Source: Candidatus Poribacteria bacterium (GTDB lineage Bacteria > Poribacteria > WGA-4E > WGA-3G). From it: a stretch of 64,000 bases of DNA. Each line of letters starts with the position of its first letter. The stretch's first letter is position 1. A program made the position numbers and the translations under genes. The stretch covers positions 4,381,924-4,445,923 of the forward strand of contig OZ244821.1 of NCBI GenBank assembly GCA_965220325.1, read 5' to 3'. The notes under the pieces are model-generated. The model saw nothing but the letters and a program-made list of their open reading frames with translations, made no database searches and was not told the origin of the DNA. Of this stretch, positions 16,715 through 27,334 are shown piece after piece.

Positions 16715-17935
16715 TTATTTCCATTTATCAGTAGTGTCAGGACTCTGACTCTTGTGAAATGGGGTGACTTCATCTCTAACGCGTTTCAAAGGAACATACA
16801 GACAGAGCGTCGCGATGACCAAGATACCTGCCAGCACTGCGTAAGGATAAGCCTCGTTTGCGTAAAGCCAGCCGCCGAGCAGCGGGCCCAAAATGCGTCC
16901 TAAACTTAGAAAGGCATCCATAATACCGATAGCGGCACCTTGACCAATCTCCGTCTGCTTGGAAATCCACGATGTATTCGTCGGACGGATCAACTGATTA
17001 CCGATACCGGCAATGGTGAGGTACACTGTGAGTGTCGCAAAAGAGTAGGCTTTGAGCAGTAACGCCATACCGATAGCGTTGAGCAGCAAACCGGTGAGAA
17101 CAATGCGCCGTTCCCCGAACTTATTGATTAATCTACCGAGCAGCCCGCCTTGTAATGGCACGACAATCGCTCCCATAACCATGAACATCCACCCCATCTC
17201 TTTCTCTCCGTAGTTCCACTTATCTTCGATGAACAGTGGAAAGGTCATCTCCAAACCTGCAAAACTGAAGGTTGTGAAAAAAGCGACAAGAAAGAGAGGC
17301 GTAAGCGGCGATTTTAAAGTCGTCTGACGAAAAATTTCGCGTGGTGAAACCCATTCATGTCGGTCTTCGAGTTCCGCGCTTTTGAGACCTTTCTGGAGCG
17401 ATTCTGGTAATAAAATAAATGCGAAGAGAAAGGTAAGTAGCGACAACCCGCCTGCGACAAAGAACGGCATATCGTGGCTGCCCATGACACCACCGATCGC
17501 TGGTCCGAGGATGAAACCGAGTCCCATCGCTGCCCCCATTAATCCCATACCTCTGCCGCGTTCTTCCGATGTCGTTATATCGGCAACATAAGCCATGACA
17601 CTCGGTAAAACTGCAGCGGAAGCGATACCTGCAGCACTGCGTGCGGTAAAAAGCCACACATAATCCGTTGCGAGTCCGAAACCGATTAAAGCAGCAGCAT
17701 TACCGAGCAATCCGAGTAGAATCGCAGGTTTCCTGCCGTGTTTGTCTGATAACCTACCCCAGATCGGTGCAAACAGCAGTTGCATCCCGGAATAGATAGA
17801 CATCAATATCGCGATTTCAGTGGTGGTTGCCCCAGTTTCTTTGGCGTAATAGGCGAGGTTCGGAATGATGATGCCAAACCCAAGCATCACGAAAAATAGG
17901 GTTAAGAACAGCAGGAGAAGTCTTGATTTTTCCAT
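16715..17935 (-). CDS. MFS transporter (drug/H+ antiporter-like, 12 TM)
   Basis: The hydrophobic profile and GRLSDKHGRKP (MFS motif A-like loop) support the call. Confidence 0.8.
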   Translation of the reverse strand: MEKSRLLLLFLTLFFVMLGFGIIIPNLAYYAKETGATTTEIAILMSIYSGMQLLFAPIWGRLSDKHGRKPAILLGLLGNAAALIGFGLATDYVWLFTARSAAGIASAAVLPSVMAYVADITTSEERGRGMGLMGAAMGLGFILGPAIGGVMGSHDMPFFVAGGLSLLTFLFAFILLPESLQKGLKSAELEDRHEWVSPREIFRQTTLKSPLTPLFLVAFFTTFSFAGLEMTFPLFIEDKWNYGEKEMGWMFMVMGAIVVPLQGGLLGRLINKFGERRIVLTGLLLNAIGMALLLKAYSFATLTVYLTIAGIGNQLIRPTNTSWISKQTEIGQGAAIGIMDAFLSLGRILGPLLGGWLYANEAYPYAVLAGILVIATLCLYVPLKRVRDEVTPFHKSQSPDTTDKWK

Positions 17936-18282
17936 CTAAAATAGACGCGGAAACCCGCGATGATGAGTCCATACCTTTTCCGCTCCGAGTGGATTGTCCG
18001 TTATTGGTGAGACCTCGGAGCGATGCTAAAAATATAATATCGTTTATTATATCAGATTTGAAGAAAGTGTATCAACTAAAAACGGAATTCACGTCGGTAC
18101 TTTTCGTTGATAGGATTTGTAACTTTATTGTTTTGGCAACGAAATTGTGACATGAAAAGAGTGATTGGAAAGATGTTAATTGGAAAATTTATTATGGAAA
18201 TTTTCGTGGATTTTTGGTATTATAAAGATGGTTTTATAATTCTTAATACATTTAATGATTGAACTTATATATCGGAGGAAAA

Positions 18283-21200
18283 ATGGCAACCGGATTTGTG
18301 CATCTACACAATCACAGTGAGTACAGCCTGCTTGACGGGGCGTGCCGTATTGAAGATATGGTGAATTGGGCTGTTGAGAACAGTGTTCCTGCTGTCGCCC
18401 TCACCGACCACGGCAATATGTTCGGGGCGTGGGAACTCTACGATAAAGCGAAGAAGGCGGGTGTCAACCCTATTGTCGGTTGTGAAGTGTATGTTGCGCC
18501 CGGTGATCGGAGAAAGCGCGGCAAAGAGCAGGGAGGTCCCTATCACCTGACGCTGCTTGCAGAGGATGCAACCGGTTACCAGAATCTCCTCAAACTGGTA
18601 TCACTCGGATATACAGAGGGTTTCTACAGCAAACCGCGTATCGACATGGAAATCCTACGCGAGTACCACCACGGAATTATCGCGCTAACGGGATGTATCC
18701 AAGGACAGGTGCCACAACTCATCTGCTCAAGTCAACGAGACGAAGGTATCGAAAACTTCAAAATGCTCATGGAGATTATGGGTGAACGGAACCTCTACGT
18801 TGAAGTCCAGAACCATTATATTGACAAGGAACTTCAGGCATATCCGATAATGGTGGAACTGGCGAAAGAGTTCAACCTGCCGATCGTGGGTACCAACGAC
18901 TGTCACTACCTCCGAAAATCTGATCACGAAATGCACGATGTTCTGTTATGTATCCAGATGAGGAGAACCGTCAACGATCAACAGCGGATGCGGTTTGACA
19001 ATCATTTCTACTTTAAAAACGTTGACGAGATGCGTGAGGCACTCAAGGACTTTCCACCCGAAGCCATCAGCAACACGCTTGAAATCGCGAATCGGTGTAA
19101 CCTTGAACTCGGTTACGGCGAGAGTGTGATGCCGAAATATGAGGTGCCGGAGGGATACACAAACGACAGTTATCTCAAAGAGTTGTGTTATCAAGGTTTG
19201 CGCGAAAAGTACGGCGATTTGTCGGATGAAATTCGGAAACGTCTCGACTACGAGCTCGATATTATTAGCCAGACCGGCTATTCCGGCTACTTCCTCATTG
19301 TATGGGACTACGTTAAATATGCGCACCAGCAAGGTTACCCGCTCTGCGCACGCGGCTCCGCCGCAAGTAGTCTCGTGTTGTACGCACTTGACGTAATTAC
19401 CTTCAACCCAATGGACTACGATTGTCTCTTTGAACGTTTTTTGAACCTTGAACGTATCAGTCCACCCGATATTGATATTGATTTCGCCGATCGCGCCCGT
19501 GAACATGTCATTGATTACCTCGTGAAAAAATATGGTGAAGCCTCTGTCGGTAAAGTCGCCACCTTTGCCACATTGGGTGCGAAAGCCGCTATCAAGGATG
19601 TCGGACGCGCACTTGAAACGCCGCTCGAAGATGTTGTTCGGTTAACAGAACTCATTCCAGTGACACCAGGGATAACGATTGATGAAGCCTTGGAGGAGGT
19701 TCCCGATTTCCAAAAACTCGCTGATAGTCCTGAGTACCGCGAACTCATGGATCTCAGCAAAGCCGTTGAGGGCATGAAACGCCATGTCTCCTGTCATGCT
19801 TCTGCGATTGTCGTTTCAAACGGGCCTCTCACCAATTACGTCCCGTTATTTAAGGATAAACATGGCCAGGTCGCCTCGCAATTTGAAGGTAAAACTGTTG
19901 AAGATGTCGGTATCGTTAAATTGGATTCCCTCGGCTTACGAAGCCTCACTGAGACATATGACTGTCTACAGATGATTAAGACAAATCACGGTAAGGATAT
20001 TAAACTTGAAGATATCCCTTTTGACGACGAAAAAACCTACTCGCTCATCAGTGAAGGACTCATCCCTGGCTTGTTCCAGCTGGAAAAATCTGGTGGTATG
20101 TATCGCGTTGTTACGCAACTCAAACCGGATAACTTTGAGGAGTTCTCTGCGATCCCTGCCCTCTATCGTCCCGGACCGATAGAAAGCGGCACCATGCAGG
20201 ATTTCATAGACCGAAAGAACGGGTTGCAAAAGGTGACATATATGCACCCATCACTTGAAAATGCCCTCAAAAACACCTATGGCGTGTGTATCTATCAGGA
20301 GCAGGTCATGCAAATCGCTCGTGATATGGCAGGCTTTACGCTCGGTGAGGCAGACGTCCTCCGCTCCGCTATGGGAAAGAAGAATCCTGAATTGCTTAAA
20401 GCACAGCGTGAGAAATTCGTTGAAGGGGCAGTCAAAAAAGGTATCGCCCAACAAGAAGCGGAAGATGTGTTTACGCAGTTGGAACCTTTCGCTGGCTATG
20501 CCTTCAACAAGTCGCACACCGTCGCCTACTCTATGTTAGCATACCGTATGGCGTACCTGAAAACCCACTACCCACACGAATTCATGGCAGCAATGATGAC
20601 TGGTGAGGCTAGTTATTCAGAAAAAATCACCCGTTACCGCGCTGAATGTAAGAAACTCGCCGACTTTTTGGCTGTAGAAATCAATCTACTCCCGCCGGAT
20701 GTCAACAGCAGCAAAAGAGAATTTACAGTAGATAACAATAATATTTGCTTCGGGCTTGTCGCGGTAAAAAGTGTCGGCGACAGTGCAATAGAGGCAATCG
20801 TAGAAGCACGGGAGCAAGGCGGTTCGTTCACATCTTTACAAGATTTCTGTGAACGCGTGGATATCAAACAGGTTAATAAACGGGCTATTGAGAGTCTAAT
20901 TATGAGTGGTGCTTTCGATTCACTTGAGGGTCACCGGGCGCAGCACCTTGAGAGTGTAGATAGTGTCATGAAAGTGGCACAAAGTGCGCAGGCGGATCGA
21001 GATCGCGGACAGATGAGTCTCTTTGGAGATGTGGAAGAAGCACCGGCGATGACGATAACGCTTCCAGAAGTGCCAGAATACGGCGTGTTAGAACGGCTTA
21101 TGCAAGAAAAGGAGCACCTCGGTTTCTATGTTTCTGGGCATCCACTTGAAGAATACAACGACATCATCGAAAACTATACAACCGCAAGTACCCGAACTTT

Positions 21201-21813
21201 GGAGGCACACCGTATCGATTCCGAGGTTTTTGTGGCGGGTATGATAACAGAGGTGACTAATATTATCACGAAAAAAGGAGACGCGATGGCGGTCCTTAGT
21301 TTCGAGGATTTGGAGGACACAGTGGAGGTCGTCGTTTTCCCGGACACATACAAAAAGGCGGGTGAACTCGTCGAAGGTAGAGCGGTCTGGATTCGTGGCA
21401 AGGTGAATATTAAACAGAACGGCAAAAGTCGGCGGGCTGATTCTGATGACGAACCTCAGCAAGAGGAACGCCAAATTCAAGCGGAACAGATCGTAGATAT
21501 CGCGTCTGTTAGCAGGGATCAGACGACGGCACTTGAAGTGATAATCCCGGAATCCGATCTCGAAAACACCGAAAAATTAGAGGCACTCCAGAAAATAGCG
21601 CAGGCTAACAAGGGTAAATTGGATCTGATTTTACGTCTCATGAGTCCTCGTTACGGCGAAGTCATCGCGCGGTGTGCTAAGAAATACAGTATCACAGACG
21701 AACCACAGGTTATTGAACAGGTTGAGAAATTGTTTGGTGAAAATTCTGTTAAACCGAGCAACCGCACCATACGGTCAAATAAGAGAAACGTCTCACAGAT
21801 AGGTTTCGTGTAA
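18283..21813 (+). CDS. dnaE: DNA polymerase III alpha subunit
   Basis: Start at the ATG at 18283 (GGAGG RBS): MATGFVHLHNHSEYSLLDGA (PHP domain), polymerase core and OB-fold; about 1176 aa. Confidence 0.95.
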   Translation: MATGFVHLHNHSEYSLLDGACRIEDMVNWAVENSVPAVALTDHGNMFGAWELYDKAKKAGVNPIVGCEVYVAPGDRRKRGKEQGGPYHLTLLAEDATGYQNLLKLVSLGYTEGFYSKPRIDMEILREYHHGIIALTGCIQGQVPQLICSSQRDEGIENFKMLMEIMGERNLYVEVQNHYIDKELQAYPIMVELAKEFNLPIVGTNDCHYLRKSDHEMHDVLLCIQMRRTVNDQQRMRFDNHFYFKNVDEMREALKDFPPEAISNTLEIANRCNLELGYGESVMPKYEVPEGYTNDSYLKELCYQGLREKYGDLSDEIRKRLDYELDIISQTGYSGYFLIVWDYVKYAHQQGYPLCARGSAASSLVLYALDVITFNPMDYDCLFERFLNLERISPPDIDIDFADRAREHVIDYLVKKYGEASVGKVATFATLGAKAAIKDVGRALETPLEDVVRLTELIPVTPGITIDEALEEVPDFQKLADSPEYRELMDLSKAVEGMKRHVSCHASAIVVSNGPLTNYVPLFKDKHGQVASQFEGKTVEDVGIVKLDSLGLRSLTETYDCLQMIKTNHGKDIKLEDIPFDDEKTYSLISEGLIPGLFQLEKSGGMYRVVTQLKPDNFEEFSAIPALYRPGPIESGTMQDFIDRKNGLQKVTYMHPSLENALKNTYGVCIYQEQVMQIARDMAGFTLGEADVLRSAMGKKNPELLKAQREKFVEGAVKKGIAQQEAEDVFTQLEPFAGYAFNKSHTVAYSMLAYRMAYLKTHYPHEFMAAMMTGEASYSEKITRYRAECKKLADFLAVEINLLPPDVNSSKREFTVDNNNICFGLVAVKSVGDSAIEAIVEAREQGGSFTSLQDFCERVDIKQVNKRAIESLIMSGAFDSLEGHRAQHLESVDSVMKVAQSAQADRDRGQMSLFGDVEEAPAMTITLPEVPEYGVLERLMQEKEHLGFYVSGHPLEEYNDIIENYTTASTRTLEAHRIDSEVFVAGMITEVTNIITKKGDAMAVLSFEDLEDTVEVVVFPDTYKKAGELVEGRAVWIRGKVNIKQNGKSRRADSDDEPQQEERQIQAEQIVDIASVSRDQTTALEVIIPESDLENTEKLEALQKIAQANKGKLDLILRLMSPRYGEVIARCAKKYSITDEPQVIEQVEKLFGENSVKPSNRTIRSNKRNVSQIGFV

Positions 21814-21875
21814 GACTCGGTACGGACGTTTCGTAAACATACTTACCACATTGTACAAAAGGAGTTTCACCTATT

Positions 21876-22700
21876 ATGCGGTACCGGACACTTGGTAAAA
21901 CAGGGCTCAGCGTGTCAGAAGTCGGTTATGGCGGCGGTAGGGTCCGTCCAGAACACGACGCAGCATCGCTTGTCAAGATGCTTCACTACGCCATGGACTG
22001 CGGACTCAACTTTCTTGATACGGCTCCGGATTACGGGGGCGGTTATAGCGAAACCGTTATCGGTAAAGCAATCGCTGGACGGAGAGCGTCGTGCATCGTC
22101 GCTACGAAGACGGAGGCGTACGATCCAGATGGTATCCGGGCGGATGTGGCGGGCAGCCTACAGCGACTCGGCACCGACTACATTGACGTTCTACAGTTCC
22201 ACGGTGGATGGTTCTACGCCGAAGAAACAGATCAGATATTGAATCAGGGTGGATTAGAGACGTATCTGAAACTAAAAGCGGATGGCACGGTTCGGTTCAT
22301 CGGATTTTCTGCCGACGGTCCCTCTGGTGGTACCGAACAGCTGATTGCTACAGGCGAATTTGATATGATACAGACCCACTATAACCTGATGTATCAGAGT
22401 ACGTGTGATGCGTTCGGTAGACGCGGCATCATCCCGGACGCTGTTGCGCAAGAGATGGGTATCGTGCTGATGCGCTCTACCACCAGCAACGCCTTCCAGA
22501 ACCTCATGAAGCACTGCTTTCCGAATGAAATGGCGGACGTTGATGTAGACAGTTTTCTGCTGAACTACTCGCTCTCAAATCCGATGGTAAACGTTGCACT
22601 GATGAGTCTGCAAAGTATTGACGATGTAGATTGGACAAACGCCGTTTCGGACGCTGTTGAGTCAAGGTTGGACCTACGAGCCATTCACGGTAGGTCCTGA
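21876..22700 (+). CDS. Aldo/keto reductase family oxidoreductase
   Basis: MRYRTLGKTGLSVSEVGYGGG...LDTAPDYGGGYSETVIGKA. Confidence 0.8.
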   Translation: MRYRTLGKTGLSVSEVGYGGGRVRPEHDAASLVKMLHYAMDCGLNFLDTAPDYGGGYSETVIGKAIAGRRASCIVATKTEAYDPDGIRADVAGSLQRLGTDYIDVLQFHGGWFYAEETDQILNQGGLETYLKLKADGTVRFIGFSADGPSGGTEQLIATGEFDMIQTHYNLMYQSTCDAFGRRGIIPDAVAQEMGIVLMRSTTSNAFQNLMKHCFPNEMADVDVDSFLLNYSLSNPMVNVALMSLQSIDDVDWTNAVSDAVESRLDLRAIHGRS

Positions 22701-22716
22701 TATCGAAATATACACT

Positions 22717-23799
22717 TTACCCGCATGCTGCCTCAAAGACACGTAGATGGTTCTCACCGAGTACCTTTCGTATATCGTCATCGGAATAGCCGCGTTCGCT
22801 TAACCCTTCCGCGATTTTGATGAACTCACTGGCATCTTTAAGTAAATCTCCGCCGCCATCAAAGTCTGAACCGATACCGACATGGTCAATACCAGCGATG
22901 TCAATGGCGTAAGCGATGTGGTTCAGGAGCTGCGCCAACGGCGGCATTTTCTGCCAACCGTCTATCGTGAGGAATCCTGGGACGAAAGTGATACCGACAA
23001 CACCGCCGTTAACCGATAAGGCTTTCAGTTGTTCATTACTCAGGTTCCGGGGATGTCGGCACAAAGTCTTGCAATTGCTATGGGATGCGATGACTGGAGC
23101 GTCCGATATCTCCAAAACATCCCAAAACCCACGCTCGCTGATATGTGAAACGTCGACTAACATTCCGAGCCGGTTCATCTCTTTGACTAATGCCATACCG
23201 AACCGAGTCAAGCCGCCGCCCATATCCTCTTCGTCGTTCCCTGTTGATGCCCATGTGTTCAGGTTATGTGTCAAACCGATGGATCGGACACCGAGTAGAT
23301 AGAGCGAACGTAGAATATTCAGGCTCCGTTCAACTGCCTCGCTGTTTTCGATAACAAGGACCGCCGCGAGTTTGCCGGCTGCTTTCGCTTCACGAATATC
23401 ACTCGCTTTGCGGGCGATGCGAATGTCGTCAGCGTTTGCTGCTACCTCTTCGTTAAACCAACCAAAAGCGTCCAATGCATAAGCGAGATGGTTCTTCCAG
23501 GCGCGCGTCACATCGACGGCGAAGAAAGCGGCATCAATTCCGCCTTGTCGCATTTTTGGGATGTTGAGTTGAATACCAATGGCTTCTTCTTCAGGTGGCA
23601 CGCGCCCGCGGAGATAAGCAATAGTGCCGACGGGGTCCATCGGATTTTGGACGTTTTCATCTGCGAGACTCACGTTCCCGCGACGAATGTGTGCCACAAT
23701 AGCATCGTTGTGCGAATCGATCACGAGTGCCTGTTTATGCAGTTCCAAGCCCCGCTTATCTGGCTGTGTGCCTCTGTTTTTCTGTTCCATAGTCCTCAA
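22717..23799 (-). CDS. Membrane dipeptidase (peptidase family M19)
   Basis: VIDSHNDA...GLTHNLNTWA...HSNCKTLCRHPRNLSNEQLKAL...VGIGSDFDGG. Confidence 0.8.
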   Translation of the reverse strand: MRTMEQKNRGTQPDKRGLELHKQALVIDSHNDAIVAHIRRGNVSLADENVQNPMDPVGTIAYLRGRVPPEEEAIGIQLNIPKMRQGGIDAAFFAVDVTRAWKNHLAYALDAFGWFNEEVAANADDIRIARKASDIREAKAAGKLAAVLVIENSEAVERSLNILRSLYLLGVRSIGLTHNLNTWASTGNDEEDMGGGLTRFGMALVKEMNRLGMLVDVSHISERGFWDVLEISDAPVIASHSNCKTLCRHPRNLSNEQLKALSVNGGVVGITFVPGFLTIDGWQKMPPLAQLLNHIAYAIDIAGIDHVGIGSDFDGGGDLLKDASEFIKIAEGLSERGYSDDDIRKVLGENHLRVFEAACG

Positions 23800-23802
23800 G
23801 TT

Positions 23803-24846
23803 TTAATTCATTATAGTTTGTATCGTTCGTTCAGCCATATCGGGTGTAACCCGCAGCGTCATTGCAACAGTGTACGGCAGCTTATGTTGCGCGACGTAAT
23901 CGGATAAATTGACCAGCGTTTCAGCAATTGTCTCGTGGTCAACAGCCGTCGGACGATAGTTAATCTGCAAACATTCCAACGCATGACGGTATTGCATCCA
24001 CGGCTGTGATTGCAGCTCAGCCATCAGTAAAATACCGAGTCCAACCAGTTCACCGTGTAAAATCTTTCCGATGTTTTCTTGTGGTAAATGATTTTCAATA
24101 GCATAGACAAAATGGTGTTCACTGCCTTCTTCAACGCGACTATGTCCGCATAAATTGCAGAGTTGTACCTCCATGCAGAGTAAGTCGAGTAGAATCTTCA
24201 ATCCTGTAGGTGTACCGCTGCCAATCTCCGTTGCGTTTTCCAGAAGCGTTTGGAGAATGGTCTGCCCTATGGCAATTGTCTGCGGTGTAATCTGTTGACC
24301 AGACGGGTTCGCGCCCATCTCCTCTGCTTTTTGCCAATCCCAAAGTGCAGTTGCAATTGAGAGAACATCCGCTGCGCCACTCGCTCGCATCGCAGCTGGA
24401 GCACTGCCCAACATATCCATATCTATGATAACAGTGTCTGGTGTTTTCGTAGGAAGATAGTGGACACATCCATTTTTTCTAACGCCTGTTGCATCTGTGA
24501 GAAAAGCGTCCGTTGACAAGATGGTCGGCACCGCGATTAACGGCAATCCATTTGCCGATGCGACGTACTTAGCGGTATCAATTGCCAGGCCTCCGCCAAT
24601 TCCGTAAACCACCTCACCTTTACATATTTCGGCAAGCGTAGCCATAGCCGCCTCTGTGTTACCTTCAACATAGATAAGTTGATATGGATTTATACCAATA
24701 CCTTTAACTACCCGCCACGCAGGTTCTGTCGTCAAAACGATTGCCTCGTGCGATGCTTTGATGTCGGTAACGGCACATCTTAGAATACACGGCAACCGTC
24801 CAATTTCTTTGTCATAGCAGCCATCTAACAACATCAGAATCCTCAT
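23803..24846 (-). CDS. Iron-containing alcohol dehydrogenase-fold protein (glycerol-1-phosphate dehydrogenase/AraM-like)
   Basis: GGGLAIDTAKYVA glycine-rich NAD motif and the family fold; the exact substrate was not determined. Confidence 0.55.
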   Translation of the reverse strand: MRILMLLDGCYDKEIGRLPCILRCAVTDIKASHEAIVLTTEPAWRVVKGIGINPYQLIYVEGNTEAAMATLAEICKGEVVYGIGGGLAIDTAKYVASANGLPLIAVPTILSTDAFLTDATGVRKNGCVHYLPTKTPDTVIIDMDMLGSAPAAMRASGAADVLSIATALWDWQKAEEMGANPSGQQITPQTIAIGQTILQTLLENATEIGSGTPTGLKILLDLLCMEVQLCNLCGHSRVEEGSEHHFVYAIENHLPQENIGKILHGELVGLGILLMAELQSQPWMQYRHALECLQINYRPTAVDHETIAETLVNLSDYVAQHKLPYTVAMTLRVTPDMAERTIQTIMN

Positions 24847-25135
24847 AGTCTTAATTTAACACAAGTTGACCCGTATTAATTTTGCTGTGTGTCGCGTAAC
24901 CGACAACAGCGCGACAGTGTGTCATGGGCCCATATATTACGAATCGGTGGTTTGCTACGATATTTTTTCAGGCGAATTTTGAAACCGAAACCTGGTTTAT
25001 ATCGTTTTTTGATGTAGTTAACATTCCAAGAAAAGTGAGTGGTTCTCCTGAATGAAATTTGGCACCTCCCAGAATATAGCGCGCGACAAATCTTCTTATT
25101 TTTTTAACGATAAGCCGCTCGGACGACATAAAAAA

Positions 25136-25870
25136 ATGCAATTTGCAGTAAAAACGGATACGGGTAAGATCCGCGATAGGAACGAAGACCTATACTATTT
25201 CGATACGCAGCTCCAGTTGTTTGCGATCGCTGATGGTATGGGCGGTCATGAACGCGGTGACATCGCCAGCCGTATCGCTCTTGAGGTAATTCAGGAGTGG
25301 GTAGAGACCCAAGCATCCCCCCAGATTGATTTAGGACCTATGAAAAGGCTCGGTGTTCTGCGCGATCTTGCAAAGACGGCGAATCAGCGCATCTATACCT
25401 CTACTGAGAGCCAAAATAAAGGTCGTGGCATGGGTACTACCCTCACTGCCGGTTTTATTACTTTTAGTTATCTCGCCTACGTTCATGTCGGTGATAGCAG
25501 GCTCTATGTCCTACGCGATGAGAAACTGACACAGATAACAACGGACGACTCCTTTGTTGAAAAGATGGTCAAAAACGGTGAAATAACGCCTGAAGAGGGA
25601 CGCGTCCATGAGAAACGGAACATTATCACGCAGGCGATCGGTTTGAAACCGACAGTCGCCGTCAGTGCGGACGCGTATCCCCTTGTTCCCGGAGACATTG
25701 TCCTCGCCTGTACCGACGGTTTGCACGACCTGATTATTGATGACAACGAGATTGCGGACATTATATTGGCGGCTTCAGACCTCGAAGAAGCGTCTGAGAG
25801 TCTCGTAAACAAAGCCCTCGATTATGGTGGTACCGATAACGTCACCGTTTTACTCGTTGCTGTCGATTAA
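25136..25870 (+). CDS. PP2C-family Ser/Thr protein phosphatase
   Basis: TDTGKIRDRNED...FAIADGMGGHERGDIAS...GTDNVTVLLVAV. The start is placed at the internal ATG at 25136; the ORF-track start is at 25052. Confidence 0.75.
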   Translation: MQFAVKTDTGKIRDRNEDLYYFDTQLQLFAIADGMGGHERGDIASRIALEVIQEWVETQASPQIDLGPMKRLGVLRDLAKTANQRIYTSTESQNKGRGMGTTLTAGFITFSYLAYVHVGDSRLYVLRDEKLTQITTDDSFVEKMVKNGEITPEEGRVHEKRNIITQAIGLKPTVAVSADAYPLVPGDIVLACTDGLHDLIIDDNEIADIILAASDLEEASESLVNKALDYGGTDNVTVLLVAVD

Positions 25871-25941
25871 TCTCCGCGTACCTATTCCTCAGCTGCAGCT
25901 TGCCGAATGTTCTCATCACACCTATAACCCGTCGAAACACA

Positions 25942-26397
25942 CTACATATCCGACTGATTCTCCGTATCTTCTCCAAAGACCAAGGTACTATCTGGGTCTA
26001 ATTCTTCTTTGAGTGCTTCTACATGTGCTGGTATTGTCAGCTCAGGCAGTTCAATCTGTTCGGCTTCAGCCCATAAGCGTTCAAGGTTATAATAGGTACG
26101 TCTTTCAGAAAGAAAGACATGAACAACAAAGTCGACGTAGTCTAATAGTATCCAATCCGCCTTACGTTCTCCTTCCTGATGCCACGGTTTCTGTGCCCAG
26201 TTGTTTTCGAGTTCTTCGAGTACGGCTTGCGAAATACCTTCTACCTGAATATCAGAAGTGCCGCTGAAGATGGCAAAAAAGTCTGTGAATCCGTCGAGTT
26301 GACGTAAATCAAGAATAACGCTGTCTTGTGCGCGTCGACTCATCGCTGCGGCGGCTGCCGCCTTCACCATATCTAACGTGTTCTTTTCAGTTTCCAT
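25942..26397 (-). CDS. rsfS: Ribosome silencing factor RsfS (Iojap)
   Basis: VILDLRQLDGFTDFFAIFSGTSDIQVEGISQAV...DWILLDYVDFVVHVF. Confidence 0.85.
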   Translation of the reverse strand: METEKNTLDMVKAAAAAAMSRRAQDSVILDLRQLDGFTDFFAIFSGTSDIQVEGISQAVLEELENNWAQKPWHQEGERKADWILLDYVDFVVHVFLSERRTYYNLERLWAEAEQIELPELTIPAHVEALKEELDPDSTLVFGEDTENQSDM

Positions 26398-26409
26398 TAT
26401 GAAATTCCT

Positions 26410-27012
26410 TTAATTCTCAACGTACGCGAGCGTACTGTTGTAGGTATGAAGTGTATTTGGATGGATCATTACACCTTTTTCGAGGAGATGCTCAATCTTT
26501 GCGCGAGCAACATGATGCACTGCACCCGCTAAGTCTGTGTATGCCAATTTCCGTACCACATCGGCTGTGCGATGTGTCCGCGCGGGTTCCGCAAAGTCTG
26601 CCACATATAAAATTTGTGAAATAATACCCATTGATGGGTTCCCGGTTGTATGGTTCCGAATCGCTTCGAGTACTTCCAAGTCAGTTACTGCGAATTTCTC
26701 AACAGCCAATTGGACGCCGATGAGTGGATGCAGGAGCGACGGATTCACCTTTTCAATAGGGTCCAAGCGAATTTCATAGCAGCGTGCTGCGCTATATAAC
26801 TCTTTAGCGTTCATCCATTTTGCGCTGTCGTGTAGAAGTGCGGCGAGACTTGCCTGCCAAGCATCGGCTTTGTGAACATAAGCCAAATCAACCGCCATCT
26901 CCTGGACAGCGAGTACATGCTGAAGCCGTTTTGTGCTCAGTTTGTCTGAAAGATAGTGCTGAATTTCAATTGACTTTGGGTGTGCCTGGAGTTCTGTGAG
27001 TGTAGTATCCAT
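26410..27012 (-). CDS. yqeK: HD-domain bis(5'-nucleosyl)-tetraphosphatase YqeK
   Basis: HD motif LLHDSAKW; position in the nadD-yqeK-rsfS operon. Confidence 0.75.
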   Translation of the reverse strand: MDTTLTELQAHPKSIEIQHYLSDKLSTKRLQHVLAVQEMAVDLAYVHKADAWQASLAALLHDSAKWMNAKELYSAARCYEIRLDPIEKVNPSLLHPLIGVQLAVEKFAVTDLEVLEAIRNHTTGNPSMGIISQILYVADFAEPARTHRTADVVRKLAYTDLAGAVHHVARAKIEHLLEKGVMIHPNTLHTYNSTLAYVEN

Positions 27013-27032
27013 CGAATTTTAGTCTATTCTCG

Positions 27033-27275
27033 TTAGTCTCTCTCATTGTCAATGTTAACCCCTAATTTCGCCAATTCTGCAAGGAGTTCCCGTTCGGTTT
27101 CAGACAAAATTGTGTCTGGTAACGCTGTACTAATAGCGTATTCTTCGTTAATCCATTTTGAAAGGTCTGTTGCTTTGCAGCGTGCGCTACAGAACGGGAA
27201 ATTCTTCGGTAGAGGGGTGCCTTCTTCCCATACGAAATCATAAGCTGTTCCGCACATACTACATGTGTGTTTCAC
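27033..27275 (-). CDS. yacG: YacG-like zinc-finger protein (DNA gyrase inhibitor family)
   Basis: CSMCGT...FPFCSARCKATDLSKWINEE matches the YacG C-x2-C...FCS-x-RC-x2-IDL-x2-W signature. Confidence 0.5.
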   Translation of the reverse strand: MKHTCSMCGTAYDFVWEEGTPLPKNFPFCSARCKATDLSKWINEEYAISTALPDTILSETERELLAELAKLGVNIDNERD

Positions 27276-27334
27276 AATTTTTATGTCCTTATTTTCGGAT
27301 TTCGGTATTTGAATTTTTAAACGATTTTGTCCAG

